A stretch of 64,000 nt of DNA from an uncultured Roseococcus sp. (lineage in GTDB: Bacteria; Pseudomonadota; Alphaproteobacteria; Acetobacterales; Acetobacteraceae), in assembly GCA_947084995.1 (NCBI GenBank), contig CAMTUX010000034.1, positions 14,547 to 78,546 of the forward strand, written 5' to 3'. Position numbers and translations under genes: made by a program. Under the pieces are notes generated by a model. The model saw only the letters and a list, made by a program, of their open reading frames with translations, was not told the origin of the DNA and ran no database searches. This document shows positions 31,390-41,099 of the stretch, one piece after another (the stretch's first letter is position 1; each line of letters opens with the position of its first letter).

Positions 31390-31493
31390 CTGGAGCGGGA
31401 TGCGTTGAGGCGGAATCGCCAAAAACGTTGAATCCCGATCTCAGCAGTGGCGAGACCATGAAAGTGAGCGCAAGCGAACGCATCATGGTCTGG
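31390..31493. repeat. Miniature double-hairpin element type 2, copy B (inverted)
   Basis: Reverse complement of 14595-14698 with a few substitutions. Confidence 0.88.
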
Positions 31494-31596
31494 AGCTTTT
31501 TCCGTTCGAAAGGGCTCACGGAAAAAGCTCCAGACCATTGAATCACGAGCATCTTTATCCGGCCAAACGATTCCGTTTGATCGGATGATGCTCTAG
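31490..31596. repeat. Miniature double-hairpin element type 1, copy B
   Basis: Direct copy of 14492-14598 with substitutions; ends GATGCTCTAG. Confidence 0.88.
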
Positions 31597-31775
31597 CCGC
31601 CAACTGGCCCAGTTGGAGGCGCATCCTCGCCGCCGCCCAGGCCAGGCGCGTGGCCGAATGGCGCGATGCCGCCTGGCATTTCCATGAGCTGGCCTGCCGG
31701 CAATCGGGCAATGAATTCCTGCTGCGCGCCTGGCTCTCCGTGTCGCATCTCGTGCGCTGTTCCTCCATCGCCGCG

Positions 31776-32188
31776 ATGATCACCCCCGGCCATCGTCGCG
31801 AATGGCTGGAGAAGGCCGCGATCCTGCAAACCGACGCCCTCGCCTTCGAGGATGGCGCGCCGCCCAGCCGCAAGGCCGAGATGCGGGCCACCATCGCCGC
31901 TGCTTGCGACGCCGTGGGCATCCAGGCGATTGACGCCCCCTTCCTGCACGGGCGCGGGACGTGGAAGGCATGCACGCCGATGCGCTGGCGGCGAAGGAGC
32001 TGGGCTTCTCCGGCAAGGTGGTGTTTCATCCCGACCGTATCGCCCCCGTCAACGCCGCCTTCACGCCCGATGCGGCGGCGGCGCGGGGCGAGGCGGTGGC
32101 GCAGGTGGATGGGGAGTTCATTGCCATGGATCTGGCGCAACACATGGAGCGCATCATCGCCCTCGCCGGGGAAGCCGCGGCGAGTTGA
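31776..32188 (+). pseudogene. CitE/HpcH lyase relic (deletions, frameshift)
   Basis: MITPGHR..LEKA..FEDG..RKAE, then AIDAPF, then in another frame ELGFSGKVVFHP. Confidence 0.65.
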
Positions 32189-33123
32189 GGACGCTGATCG
32201 GCGATATCGGCGGCACCCAGGCGCGCTTCGCCCTGGCCGAGGGCGGTGCCTTCGGGGCGGTGGTGGCGCAGCGCGTGGCGGAACACGCCACGCCCCTGGC
32301 GGCGCTGCGGGCGGCGCGGGCCGCACTCGGCCCGGTGCAAGCCGCCATCCTGGCCATCGCCGGGCCGATCGAGGACCAGCACGCCCGGCTGACCAATGGC
32401 GCATGGGAGTTCGACGCCCCTGCCCTGGCCGGCGCGCTCGGCCTGGCCTCGCTGCGGCTGGTGAATGACCTGGAGGCCATGGCCTGGGCGCTACCCGCCC
32501 TCACCCCCGCCGATATCGAGACCTGGCAGGAAGGCGCCCCCGCCCCCGGCGCGCCCCAGGCCATCATCGCCCCCGGCACCGGGCTGGGCGTGGCAGGCTT
32601 CATCCCCGGCCATGGCGCCCTGCCGACCGAGGCGGGGCATGCCGGCTTCGCGCCGCGCGATGCGACTGAGGCGGCGCTGCTGGCATGGCTCCAGGCGCGG
32701 CAGGGCGCGGTCTGCGCGGAGGATTTTCTCTCAGGGATTGGCCTGGTCACGCTGCATGACGGCCTGGCGGAACTGCGCGGCGCGGCCCTGCTCCCCCGAA
32801 ATGGCCCCGAAATCAGCGCCGCCGCACAGGCGGGTTGCCCCGTGGCACGGGAGGCGCTGGCCGTCTTCTGGCGCGGCCTCGCTGGCTTCTGCGGCGATGT
32901 CGCGCTGATGCTGGGGGCGCGCGGCGGCGTGTATCTGGCGGGCGGGGTCGCCCAGGCGCCACTGGGCCGCACGGGCTTCCTGGAACGCTTCCAGGACCGG
33001 CCGCGCATGCGCGCCTATCTGGCGCGGGTGCCGGTGCGGCGGATCATCCATCCGCAACCGGGGCTGTTGGGGCTGGCAGCAATCGCCCTTGATTTTGAAA
33101 CCGCCCAGGCAATTCGCACCTGA
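32185..33123 (+). CDS. glk: Glucokinase
   Basis: DIGGT.ARFA, LTN, NDLEA, PGTGLG, EAGH, GGVYLAGG; TTG start. Confidence 0.88.
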   Translation: MRTLIGDIGGTQARFALAEGGAFGAVVAQRVAEHATPLAALRAARAALGPVQAAILAIAGPIEDQHARLTNGAWEFDAPALAGALGLASLRLVNDLEAMAWALPALTPADIETWQEGAPAPGAPQAIIAPGTGLGVAGFIPGHGALPTEAGHAGFAPRDATEAALLAWLQARQGAVCAEDFLSGIGLVTLHDGLAELRGAALLPRNGPEISAAAQAGCPVAREALAVFWRGLAGFCGDVALMLGARGGVYLAGGVAQAPLGRTGFLERFQDRPRMRAYLARVPVRRIIHPQPGLLGLAAIALDFETAQAIRT

Positions 33124-33172
33124 AATCCCCCAAAAATACTTGCAGGTTTTTTTGTTTCTGCAATCGCCAAAT

Positions 33173-35038
33173 TTACGCCGCCTCCAGCTTCTCCGTGATT
33201 TCCAGCCACTCCATCTCCAGCCGCTCCACATCCTTGGCGATGGCGGCGCGGCGGGCGGTGGCGCGGGAGATCAGGTCGGTCTTGCCACGCTCGTAAAGGC
33301 GCGGATCGGCCAGCGCGCCCTCGATCACGCGGGCTTCCTCGTTCAGCTTCGCCAGCGTGACCTCGATGCCTTTCAGCCGGGCGCGCAGCGGGGCCAGGGC
33401 CGCGCGGTTTTCCATCCCGGCTGCCTTGGCCTGCTTGCGATCATCCTTCTTTTCCTCGCGCTTGGCCGCCGCCGTCCGGCCGCCCAACTGCGCGCGGTAA
33501 TCATCGAGGTCGCCGTCGAAGGGCGTCACCACGCCCTTGGCCACCAGCCAGAGCCTATCCGCCACCAGTTCCACCAGATGCGGGTCATGGCTGATGAGGA
33601 TGACCGCGCCCTCGTAATCCGCCAACGCCTTCACCAGCGCCTCACGCGCATCAATGTCCAGGTGGTTGGTCGGCTCGTCGAGGATGAGCATGTGCGGCGC
33701 ATCGCGCGTGGTCAGCGCCATCAGCAGCCGCGCCTTCTCGCCGCCCGAAAGCCCCTTCACCTGCGTCTCGGCGCGATCCGCATCCAGGCCGAAGCGTGCA
33801 AGCTGCGAGCGGCATTGCCCCGGCGTGGCGCGCGGCAGCGCATGGATCATGTGGCTGAGCGGCGTGCCCTCCAGGTCGAGGTCGTCTTCCTGATGCTGCG
33901 CGAAATAGCCCACGCGCATCCGCCGGTCGCGATGGATATCGCCCGAGATGGGCTGCATCCGCCCGGCCAGCAGCTTTGCCAGGGTGGATTTGCCATTGCC
34001 GTTGGCCCCCAGCAGCGCGATCCGGTCCTCCTGGTCAATGCGAATGTCCAGGTCCCGCAGGACCACATGATTGCCATAGCCGACATTGCCGCGGCTGACG
34101 GTCAGGATGGGCGGCGAGAGCTGCTCAGGCTGCGGGAATTGGAAGCGCGTGGCCACGTCTTCCACGATGGATTCCAGCGCCGGCATCCGCTCCAGCGCCT
34201 TGATGCGCGATTGCGCCTGGCGGGCCTTGCTGGCCTTGGCGCGGAAGCGGTCCACGAAGGCCTGCATATGGGCGCGCTCGGCCGCCAGCTTCACATTCTG
34301 GGCTGCCACCTGCGCCGCACGCTCGGTCCGGATGCGAATGAAGTTCTCGAAATTGCCGGGATAGAGCGTGATTTTCTGGCGATCGAGATGCGCGATGGAA
34401 TCCACGCAGCGCTCCAGCAGCCCGCGATCATGGCTGATGATGATGGCAGCACCCGAGAAACGTGTGATCCAGCCCTCCAGCCACATGGCGGCTTCAAGGT
34501 CGAGGTGGTTGGTCGGCTCGTCCAGCAGCAGCAGGTCGGGCTCCAGAAACAGCGCGCGGGCCAGGCTGACGCGCATCCGCCAGCCACCGGAATATTCGCG
34601 CGAAGGGCGCTGCTGGGCGGCTGCGTCGAAGCCGAGGCCAGCCAGGATGGTGGCGGCGCGGGCGGGCGCGGCATCAGCCTGGATGGCCATCAGGCGCTCA
34701 TGGATCTCGCCCGCGCGCACCGGCTCGGGCTGGCCTTGCAATTCGGCCAGCAGGCCGGCGCGCTCGGTATCGGCTTCCAGCACGATGTCGAGCAGGCAGG
34801 TCTCGCCGGCCGGCGTCTCCTGCGCCACATGGCCGATGCGGGCGCGCTGGGCCAGGCGGATCTCGCCGCCATCGGGCTGAAGATCGCCCAGGATCGCCTT
34901 GATGAGCGTGGATTTCCCCGCGCCATTGCGGCCCACCAGGCCGATCTTGCGGCCGGTATCCACCTGGAGCGAGGCGCCTTCCATGAGGGGGCGGCCGCCC
35001 ATGCGGATCGTCAGGTCTTGGATGGTGAGAACGGTCAT
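33173..35038 (-). CDS. ABC-F family ATPase
   Basis: Two NBDs (GRNGAGKST, GANGNGKST), DEPTNHLD x2, no TM segments. Confidence 0.93.
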   Translation of the reverse strand: MTVLTIQDLTIRMGGRPLMEGASLQVDTGRKIGLVGRNGAGKSTLIKAILGDLQPDGGEIRLAQRARIGHVAQETPAGETCLLDIVLEADTERAGLLAELQGQPEPVRAGEIHERLMAIQADAAPARAATILAGLGFDAAAQQRPSREYSGGWRMRVSLARALFLEPDLLLLDEPTNHLDLEAAMWLEGWITRFSGAAIIISHDRGLLERCVDSIAHLDRQKITLYPGNFENFIRIRTERAAQVAAQNVKLAAERAHMQAFVDRFRAKASKARQAQSRIKALERMPALESIVEDVATRFQFPQPEQLSPPILTVSRGNVGYGNHVVLRDLDIRIDQEDRIALLGANGNGKSTLAKLLAGRMQPISGDIHRDRRMRVGYFAQHQEDDLDLEGTPLSHMIHALPRATPGQCRSQLARFGLDADRAETQVKGLSGGEKARLLMALTTRDAPHMLILDEPTNHLDIDAREALVKALADYEGAVILISHDPHLVELVADRLWLVAKGVVTPFDGDLDDYRAQLGGRTAAAKREEKKDDRKQAKAAGMENRAALAPLRARLKGIEVTLAKLNEEARVIEGALADPRLYERGKTDLISRATARRAAIAKDVERLEMEWLEITEKLEAA

Positions 35039-35176
35039 GGCCGGGGTTTAGACGGATTTGCTGCGGCGCGACATGGTACCCATGCAGCCCTGCCGAGCGA
35101 TTGACGCCCCCCAGGGCTTGCGCCCGCGCCCGCGCTTGGGCAATTGCGGGCGAATTCCATTTCAAAGGACGCCCTC

Positions 35177-35599
<423 letters not shown>

Positions 35600-35729
35600 A
35601 GCGTGACCAGCAGGCGCTGATTTCGCTTCGGCGCCTGCGGCGAGGCTGATTCGCGCCTTTGGTGAAGCCACCAAAGGCCATCGGGCCCGAACCACGGCCG
35701 GCCTGCAAGGTCCGGCCGTTTTCATGTCA

Positions 35730-35757
35730 GCGCTATTCCCGGTGCGCTATTCCCGGT
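35730..35757. repeat. 14-bp tandem duplication
   Basis: GCGCTATTCCCGGT x2. Confidence 0.85.
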
Positions 35758-35997
35758 GCGCGATTTCCAGAGAGACCAGCCGCGCCGGCAGGATGGCGGC
35801 GATCAGCACCGCAACGATGGCCAGTTGCCGCGTCCGGCACCCCGCTTCATCCAGCCAGAACAGACCCGTCAGGATCACCGATTGCAGACCAAGGGCCATG
35901 GCAAAGGCCGGCAGCACGTCCATCTCCGCCAGCGGCTTCACCACCAGGATCAGCGCGCCACCAGCAGCGCGTGTTCGCCGCGCGGGAGGGCGGTCAT
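35747..35997 (-). pseudogene. Frameshifted small membrane protein relic
   Basis: MTALPRGEHALLVA then, in another frame, hydrophobic LILVVKPL..AIVAVLIAAILP. Confidence 0.35.
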
Positions 35998-36018
35998 CCC
36001 GCTTCCGCGCCCGTCGGC

Positions 36019-36177
36019 TCAGCCGAAGAACACGTAAATCCCGACCAGCAGCGCGATCGTGGCGATGGTGGTCCACTTGGTGGCGACCATGAAGCCGTCG
36101 AACAAGGCCCGGCGCTCGGCCATGATGTCCTCGGACTTCACTTCGATCATCTCGACGTTCATCTGCTGCTCGGCCAT
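36019..36177 (-). CDS. Small single-TM protein, aa3-type cytochrome c oxidase subunit IV-like
   Basis: 52 aa MAEQQ..ERRALFDGFMVATKWTTIATIALLVGIYVFFG; strong host codon usage; shorter than any ORF in the supplied track. Confidence 0.7.
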   Translation of the reverse strand: MAEQQMNVEMIEVKSEDIMAERRALFDGFMVATKWTTIATIALLVGIYVFFG

Positions 36178-36188
36178 GCCTGTGATCC

Positions 36189-36869
36189 TCAATCGCGTGG
36201 GGGTTGTGTAGAAACTGCCGCGCCAGCCGGCAAGGGGTTTACCAGGCGGCCGCGCGCCTCGGTGGCCGCCACATGGGCGCGCCCCCCGCTGACCCGCACC
36301 CGCCCGGCCGCGAGCCAGGCCAGCGCCGCCGGATAGAGGCGGTGCTCCTGCTCCAGCACGCGGGCGGCCAGGCTTTCCTCGGTATCCAGCAGCAGCACCG
36401 GCACGGCGGCCTGGGCGAGAATCGGCCCCTCATCCACCCCCGCACTCACCAGATGCACCGTGCAGCCATGCAGCCGCACGCCGCCGGCCAGCGCGCGAGC
36501 ATGGGTGTCGAGGCCTGGAAAGCTCGGCAGCAGCGAGGGGTGGATGTTGATCATCCGACCTTCCCAGGTCTGCACGAAGCCAGGCGTCAGCACTCGCATG
36601 AACCCGGCCAGCGCCAGGATCGCGATGTCATGCCGCGCCAGGACCTCGGAGAGTTCCGCCTCGAACACCTCGCGCGCGCGGCCACGGCTGGGTACCACAA
36701 GGGCGGGCACGCGCATGTCCCGCGCGCGGTCCAGCCCCGCGGCATCGGCCCGGTTGGAGACGACGAGGGCGATATCGGCGGGGTAGTCCGGATGCGCCGC
36801 CGCTTCCAGCAGGGCCACCATGTTGGAGCCCCGGCCGGAGATCAGGATGGCGACGCGCGGGCGACTCAC
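36189..36869 (-). CDS. purN: Phosphoribosylglycinamide formyltransferase
   Basis: [32 protein letters not shown]. Confidence 0.96.
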   Translation of the reverse strand: MSRPRVAILISGRGSNMVALLEAAAHPDYPADIALVVSNRADAAGLDRARDMRVPALVVPSRGRAREVFEAELSEVLARHDIAILALAGFMRVLTPGFVQTWEGRMINIHPSLLPSFPGLDTHARALAGGVRLHGCTVHLVSAGVDEGPILAQAAVPVLLLDTEESLAARVLEQEHRLYPAALAWLAAGRVRVSGGRAHVAATEARGRLVNPLPAGAAVSTQPPRD

Positions 36870-37948
36870 AGGTCCAGCGCGCCCAGGCCGATCGCACCCT
36901 GCATGGTCACCTCGGCCTCGCCCGTGGCGGGCACCAACTGGCCGATGCGGAAGCAGCCCAGATTGTCGCGCAGGTTGAGCATGGCGAGCACCTGGTCGGC
37001 ATGCTCGGGCGCCACCACGAGCACCATGCCGATGCCGCAATTGAAGACGCGCAGCATCTCGGCCTCGGCCACGCCGCCCGCCCGGGCCAGCCAGGAGAAG
37101 ACCGGCGGCACCGGCCAGGAACCACCGACCACCTCGGCGGCCACGCCTTCCGGCAGCACGCGCGGCAGGTTGCCCGGCAGGCCGCCGCCCGTGATGTGGG
37201 CCGCCGCCTTGAGCCAGCCCTGGCGGTGCAGTTCCAGCATGGGCTTCACATAGATCTGCGTCGGCACCAGCAGCGCCTCGCCCAGGCTCCGGCCCGGCGC
37301 GAAGGGGGCGGGGTCCGCGAGGCTCAGGCCCGAGGCCTCGATCACCCGCCGCACCAGCGAGAACCCGTTGGAATGCACGCCGGAGGAGGCCAGGCCGATC
37401 AGCACATCGCCCGGTGCCACATCGCGCGGCAGCAGGGCGCCGCGCTCGGCGGCCCCCACCGAGAAGCCTGCCAGGTCGTAGTCGCCGCCGTGATACATGC
37501 CGGGCATCTCGGCCGTCTCGCCACCCACGAGCGCGCAGCCGGCCTGGCGGCAACCCTCGGCGATGCCGGCGACGACCTCCGCCGCCTGCGCCACGTCAAG
37601 CTTGCCGGTCGCGAAATAGTCCAGGAAGAAGAGCGGTTCCCCCCCCTGCACGATCAGGTCGTTCACGCACATGGCGACGAGGTCAATGCCGACCTTGTCA
37701 TGGATGCCGGCCTCGATGGCGAGGCGCAGCTTGGTGCCCACGCCATCGGTGGATGAGATCAGCACCGGGTCGGTGAAACCGGCCGCCTTGAGGTCGAACA
37801 AGGCGCCAAAGCCGCCAAGCCCGCCCATGCTGCCACGGCGCTGCGTGCTGCGGGCAAGCGGCTTGATGCGCTCCACCAGGGCATCGCCCGCCTCGATATC
37901 CACCCCGGCGGCGGCGTAGGTGAGACCGGCTTTCTCGGAACTGTTCAG
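36866..37948 (-). CDS. purM: Phosphoribosylformylglycinamidine cyclo-ligase
   Basis: [35 protein letters not shown]; start inferred at a CTG. Confidence 0.94.
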   Translation of the reverse strand: MNSSEKAGLTYAAAGVDIEAGDALVERIKPLARSTQRRGSMGGLGGFGALFDLKAAGFTDPVLISSTDGVGTKLRLAIEAGIHDKVGIDLVAMCVNDLIVQGGEPLFFLDYFATGKLDVAQAAEVVAGIAEGCRQAGCALVGGETAEMPGMYHGGDYDLAGFSVGAAERGALLPRDVAPGDVLIGLASSGVHSNGFSLVRRVIEASGLSLADPAPFAPGRSLGEALLVPTQIYVKPMLELHRQGWLKAAAHITGGGLPGNLPRVLPEGVAAEVVGGSWPVPPVFSWLARAGGVAEAEMLRVFNCGIGMVLVVAPEHADQVLAMLNLRDNLGCFRIGQLVPATGEAEVTMQGAIGLGALDL

Positions 37949-37988
37949 GGCCGCCTCCGATGGGCTACACCAATGCGGTGCGATAAGG

Positions 37989-38672
37989 ATGGAACGTATG
38001 TGCAGGGCCGCCCGGAAAGTCAGACACCTGGTGGTGGCCGCCATCCTGACGCTGCTCTTTTGCCCGCCACTGGCAGCCCAGGACAACCCCCTGGTCCAAC
38101 GGGGCGTCCCGGCGGAGGCCACGGCCGAGAATGCCGTCCTCGCGCGGGACCGCGCCCATGCCAGCGCGCGACGCATCGCCTTCCAGCGATTGATCGAGCA
38201 AAGCGGCGGGCCGGCCACCGCCTCGCCCTCGGATTCGCAGTTGGAGAACATGGTCGCCGCCCTTATCGTCGAGGAGGAGCGCACCACCCCCACCCGCTAT
38301 TCCGGCCGGCTGACGGTGCAGTTCAATCCGGGCCTCGTGGCCTCCGCGACCGGGCGCAGCTTCGCGGGCGGCGGCGCGACGGGTGACTCGGGCGGCGGGC
38401 TCGCGCTCAACATTCCCATGGCGGCGCAGGGCTTCATGGAGGCCAGCAGCCAGCATGGATCGCTCTCCGAATGGCTGGAAATGCGGCGGCGGCTGCGCGC
38501 CTCGGGCAGCGTGGCCAGCATGGAGATCCTCTCGCTCAGCATGGATGCGGCGCGCTTCCGGCTGGGGCTGCGGCAACCCGCGGCCGAGGCGGCGGCGGCG
38601 CTGAGCGGTGCCGGGCTGGTCATCAGCAACAATGGCGCCGGCTGGCAGGTTTCGCTCGGCTCCGGCGGCTGA
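37989..38672 (+). CDS. Exported hypothetical protein (DUF2066-like, divergent from purM)
   Basis: Signal peptide, [14 protein letters not shown]; position ahead of CDP-alcohol PT/AI-2E/hda genes. Confidence 0.7.
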   Translation: MERMCRAARKVRHLVVAAILTLLFCPPLAAQDNPLVQRGVPAEATAENAVLARDRAHASARRIAFQRLIEQSGGPATASPSDSQLENMVAALIVEEERTTPTRYSGRLTVQFNPGLVASATGRSFAGGGATGDSGGGLALNIPMAAQGFMEASSQHGSLSEWLEMRRRLRASGSVASMEILSLSMDAARFRLGLRQPAAEAAAALSGAGLVISNNGAGWQVSLGSGG

Positions 38673-38686
38673 GCACGCGCGCCCCC

Positions 38687-39265
38687 ATGAGCGAAAGCCC
38701 GCAACCCCAGGACCCGGCGCCTCCGATCCTGCTGACGCTGCCCAACATCATCACCCTGGCGCGGCTGGTGGCGGTGCCGGGCACCATCTGGCTCATCCTC
38801 CAGCACCGGCTGGACCTCGCCTTCCTGCTGTTCCTTGCGGCCGGCCTCTCGGATGCGCTGGATGGCTGGCTGGCGCGCGTGCTGAATGCGCGCTCGGCCC
38901 TCGGCGCCCTGCTGGACCCCGTGGCGGACAAGGCGCTGCTGGTCAGCGTCTATGTCACGCTGGCTGCGATTGGCGTGCTGCCGGATTGGCTGGCCATCCT
39001 TGTCGTCTTCCGCGATCTGCTCATCGTCGGCGGGCTGACATTGCTCTGGATGGTGGGCAATCGCCCGCCAATCCGCCCGCTCTGGGTGTCCAAGCTGAAC
39101 ACCCTGCTGCAGATCACTCTGGCGGCGCTGGCGCTGTTCATCCATGGCTTCGAGGTGCCGATGGAAATGGCCGTCACCCTGCTGATCTGGCTGGTGGCGG
39201 CAACGACGCTCGCCTCGGGCATCGCCTATGTGGCGCAGGCGGCGCGGCGGATGGGGGCGCCATGA
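38687..39265 (+). CDS. CDP-alcohol phosphatidyltransferase family protein
   Basis: LPNIIT.AR, D.LDG.LAR..LG.LLDPVADK. Confidence 0.92.
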   Translation: MSESPQPQDPAPPILLTLPNIITLARLVAVPGTIWLILQHRLDLAFLLFLAAGLSDALDGWLARVLNARSALGALLDPVADKALLVSVYVTLAAIGVLPDWLAILVVFRDLLIVGGLTLLWMVGNRPPIRPLWVSKLNTLLQITLAALALFIHGFEVPMEMAVTLLIWLVAATTLASGIAYVAQAARRMGAP

Positions 39266-40386
39266 ACGAGATGCCACCCCCGCCCGGACGTGGCCGGCCC
39301 GGCCCCATCGTGGCAACGCGACGGCAGCGGACCATGCTCGCCTTTGGCTTTCTGGCCGCCATCTTCTTCGCGCTCTGGCTGTTCTCGGCGATTCTCACGC
39401 CCTTCGTGCTGGCCATCTGCATCGCCTATTTCCTGGACCCTATGGTAACGCGCCTCGCGCGAATCGGCGTGCCGCGCAGTTTGGCCTCCATGGTGCTGGT
39501 GCTGCTGCTGGTGCTGCTGGGGCTGCTGGCGGTGCTGCTGCTCTATCCGCTCATCGTCGCGCAGATCGGCCTGTTGCTGACGCGCCTGCCCGGCTATGTC
39601 GCCACCATCAATGCCGGGCTGCGCGATTTCCTGCTCTCGTTGGAGGAAGCCGCCGGCCCCGAGATGGTGGATGCCCGCCTGCGGGAACTCATCATCGGCC
39701 AGGCGGGGGCGATGGTCAGCTGGCTCGGCACGGCGGCAACGCGGCTGATCGGCGGCGGCTTCGCGCTGTTCAACGTGTTCACGCTGGCCATCGTGACGCC
39801 GGTGGTCAGCTTCTATTTGCTGCGCGACTGGCCGGGCATCATGACCCGCATGGAGTCCTGGCTGCCCCGGCGCTCCGCATCCTCATTGCGGCAATTGGCG
39901 CGCGACATGGACCGCGTGCTCTCGGCCTGGCTGCGCGGGCAATTGCTGTGCTGCCTCGTGCTCGGCGTTTTCTACGCGAGCGGGCTTTCGCTGATCGGCC
40001 TGGAACTGGGGCTGATGATCGGGCTGATCTCGGGCTTTCTCTCCTTCATCCCCTATGTCGGCTCGCTCACCGGCTTTGCGCTTGCGGTGCTGCTGGCCGT
40101 GGGCCAGTGGGGCGACTGGAATGGCGTGCTGCTGGTGGTGGCCGTCTTCACCGTGGGCCAGGTGCTGGAGGGCTATATCATCTATCCTCGCCTGATCGGG
40201 GACCGGGTGGAGTTGCACGCGGTCTGGGTGATCTTCGCGCTGTTCGCCGGCGGCGTGGCCTTTGGCTTCCTGGGCGTGCTGCTGGCCGTGCCCATTGCGG
40301 CCGCCATGGGGGTGCTGGCGCGGCATTGGCTGCGGCGCTACCTGGAAAGCCCGCTCTATCTTGACCCGCCAAGGACCGGAATATGA
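39262..40386 (+). CDS. AI-2E family transporter (PerM-like)
   Basis: IAYFLDP, FYLLRD, FIPYVG, G.LLAVP. Confidence 0.9.
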   Translation: MNEMPPPPGRGRPGPIVATRRQRTMLAFGFLAAIFFALWLFSAILTPFVLAICIAYFLDPMVTRLARIGVPRSLASMVLVLLLVLLGLLAVLLLYPLIVAQIGLLLTRLPGYVATINAGLRDFLLSLEEAAGPEMVDARLRELIIGQAGAMVSWLGTAATRLIGGGFALFNVFTLAIVTPVVSFYLLRDWPGIMTRMESWLPRRSASSLRQLARDMDRVLSAWLRGQLLCCLVLGVFYASGLSLIGLELGLMIGLISGFLSFIPYVGSLTGFALAVLLAVGQWGDWNGVLLVVAVFTVGQVLEGYIIYPRLIGDRVELHAVWVIFALFAGGVAFGFLGVLLAVPIAAAMGVLARHWLRRYLESPLYLDPPRTGI

Positions 40387-41090
40387 CGCAACTCGTGCTG
40401 CCGATGGAGGCCGCGCCCTCCTTCGCCGCGGCCGATTTCGTGGCCGATGCGAGCAATGACGAAGCGCGGCGCTGGCTCTCGGCGCCTTCACGCTGGCCCG
40501 ATGGCCGGCTGCTGCTGGCCGGCCCGGCGGGCACCGGCAAGACGCACCTGCTGCACGCCACCGCGCAGACCCAGGGCTGGGCGCTGCTGCGCGGCCCCGA
40601 GCTGCGCGGCATGCCCGAGGCGCCCACGCGCGGCGTCGCTCTGGATGACGCCGACCTGCCGGGGGAGGAGACCGCCCTGCTGCACCTGATGAATGCCTGC
40701 GCCGAGGCGAAGCTTCCCCTTCTCATGGCCGCCCCCCGCCCGCCCTCGCGCTGGCGCGTGGCCCTGGCCGACCTCCGCTCGCGCCTGGCCGCCACCGCCG
40801 TGGCGCAGTTGGACGAGCCCTCGGATGCGCTGCTGGATGCGCTGCTGGCCAAGCACCTGGCGGACCGGCAATGGCTGCTCGACCCTGGCCTGATCGGCAC
40901 CCTGCGCCGCCGCCTGCCCCGCCGCGCCAGCGTGATGGCCGAGGCGGTGGCCCGGCTGGACCGCGCCTCCCTCATCGCCGGGCGCCGCCTGACGCGGGCC
41001 GCCGCACTGACCATCCTGGCGCCGTTGTTTGATGATGGTTCGGAGACAATGCCGGGTGATGCCGTGCCACCTGGCACGGCCTTGCTGTAG
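40383..41090 (+). CDS. hdaA: DnaA regulatory inactivator HdaA-like protein
   Basis: QLVL clamp-binding motif, GPAGTGKTHL, DLRSRL. Confidence 0.85.
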   Translation: MTQLVLPMEAAPSFAAADFVADASNDEARRWLSAPSRWPDGRLLLAGPAGTGKTHLLHATAQTQGWALLRGPELRGMPEAPTRGVALDDADLPGEETALLHLMNACAEAKLPLLMAAPRPPSRWRVALADLRSRLAATAVAQLDEPSDALLDALLAKHLADRQWLLDPGLIGTLRRRLPRRASVMAEAVARLDRASLIAGRRLTRAAALTILAPLFDDGSETMPGDAVPPGTALL

Positions 41091-41099
41091 GGAAGCCCC

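Larger units (their letters stand above)
31342..31770 (+). pseudogene. GntR FCD-domain relic interrupted by repeat insertion
   Basis: DAAWHFHELACRQSGNEFLLRAW resembles the FCD D..FH..GN..L motif. Confidence 0.5.
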
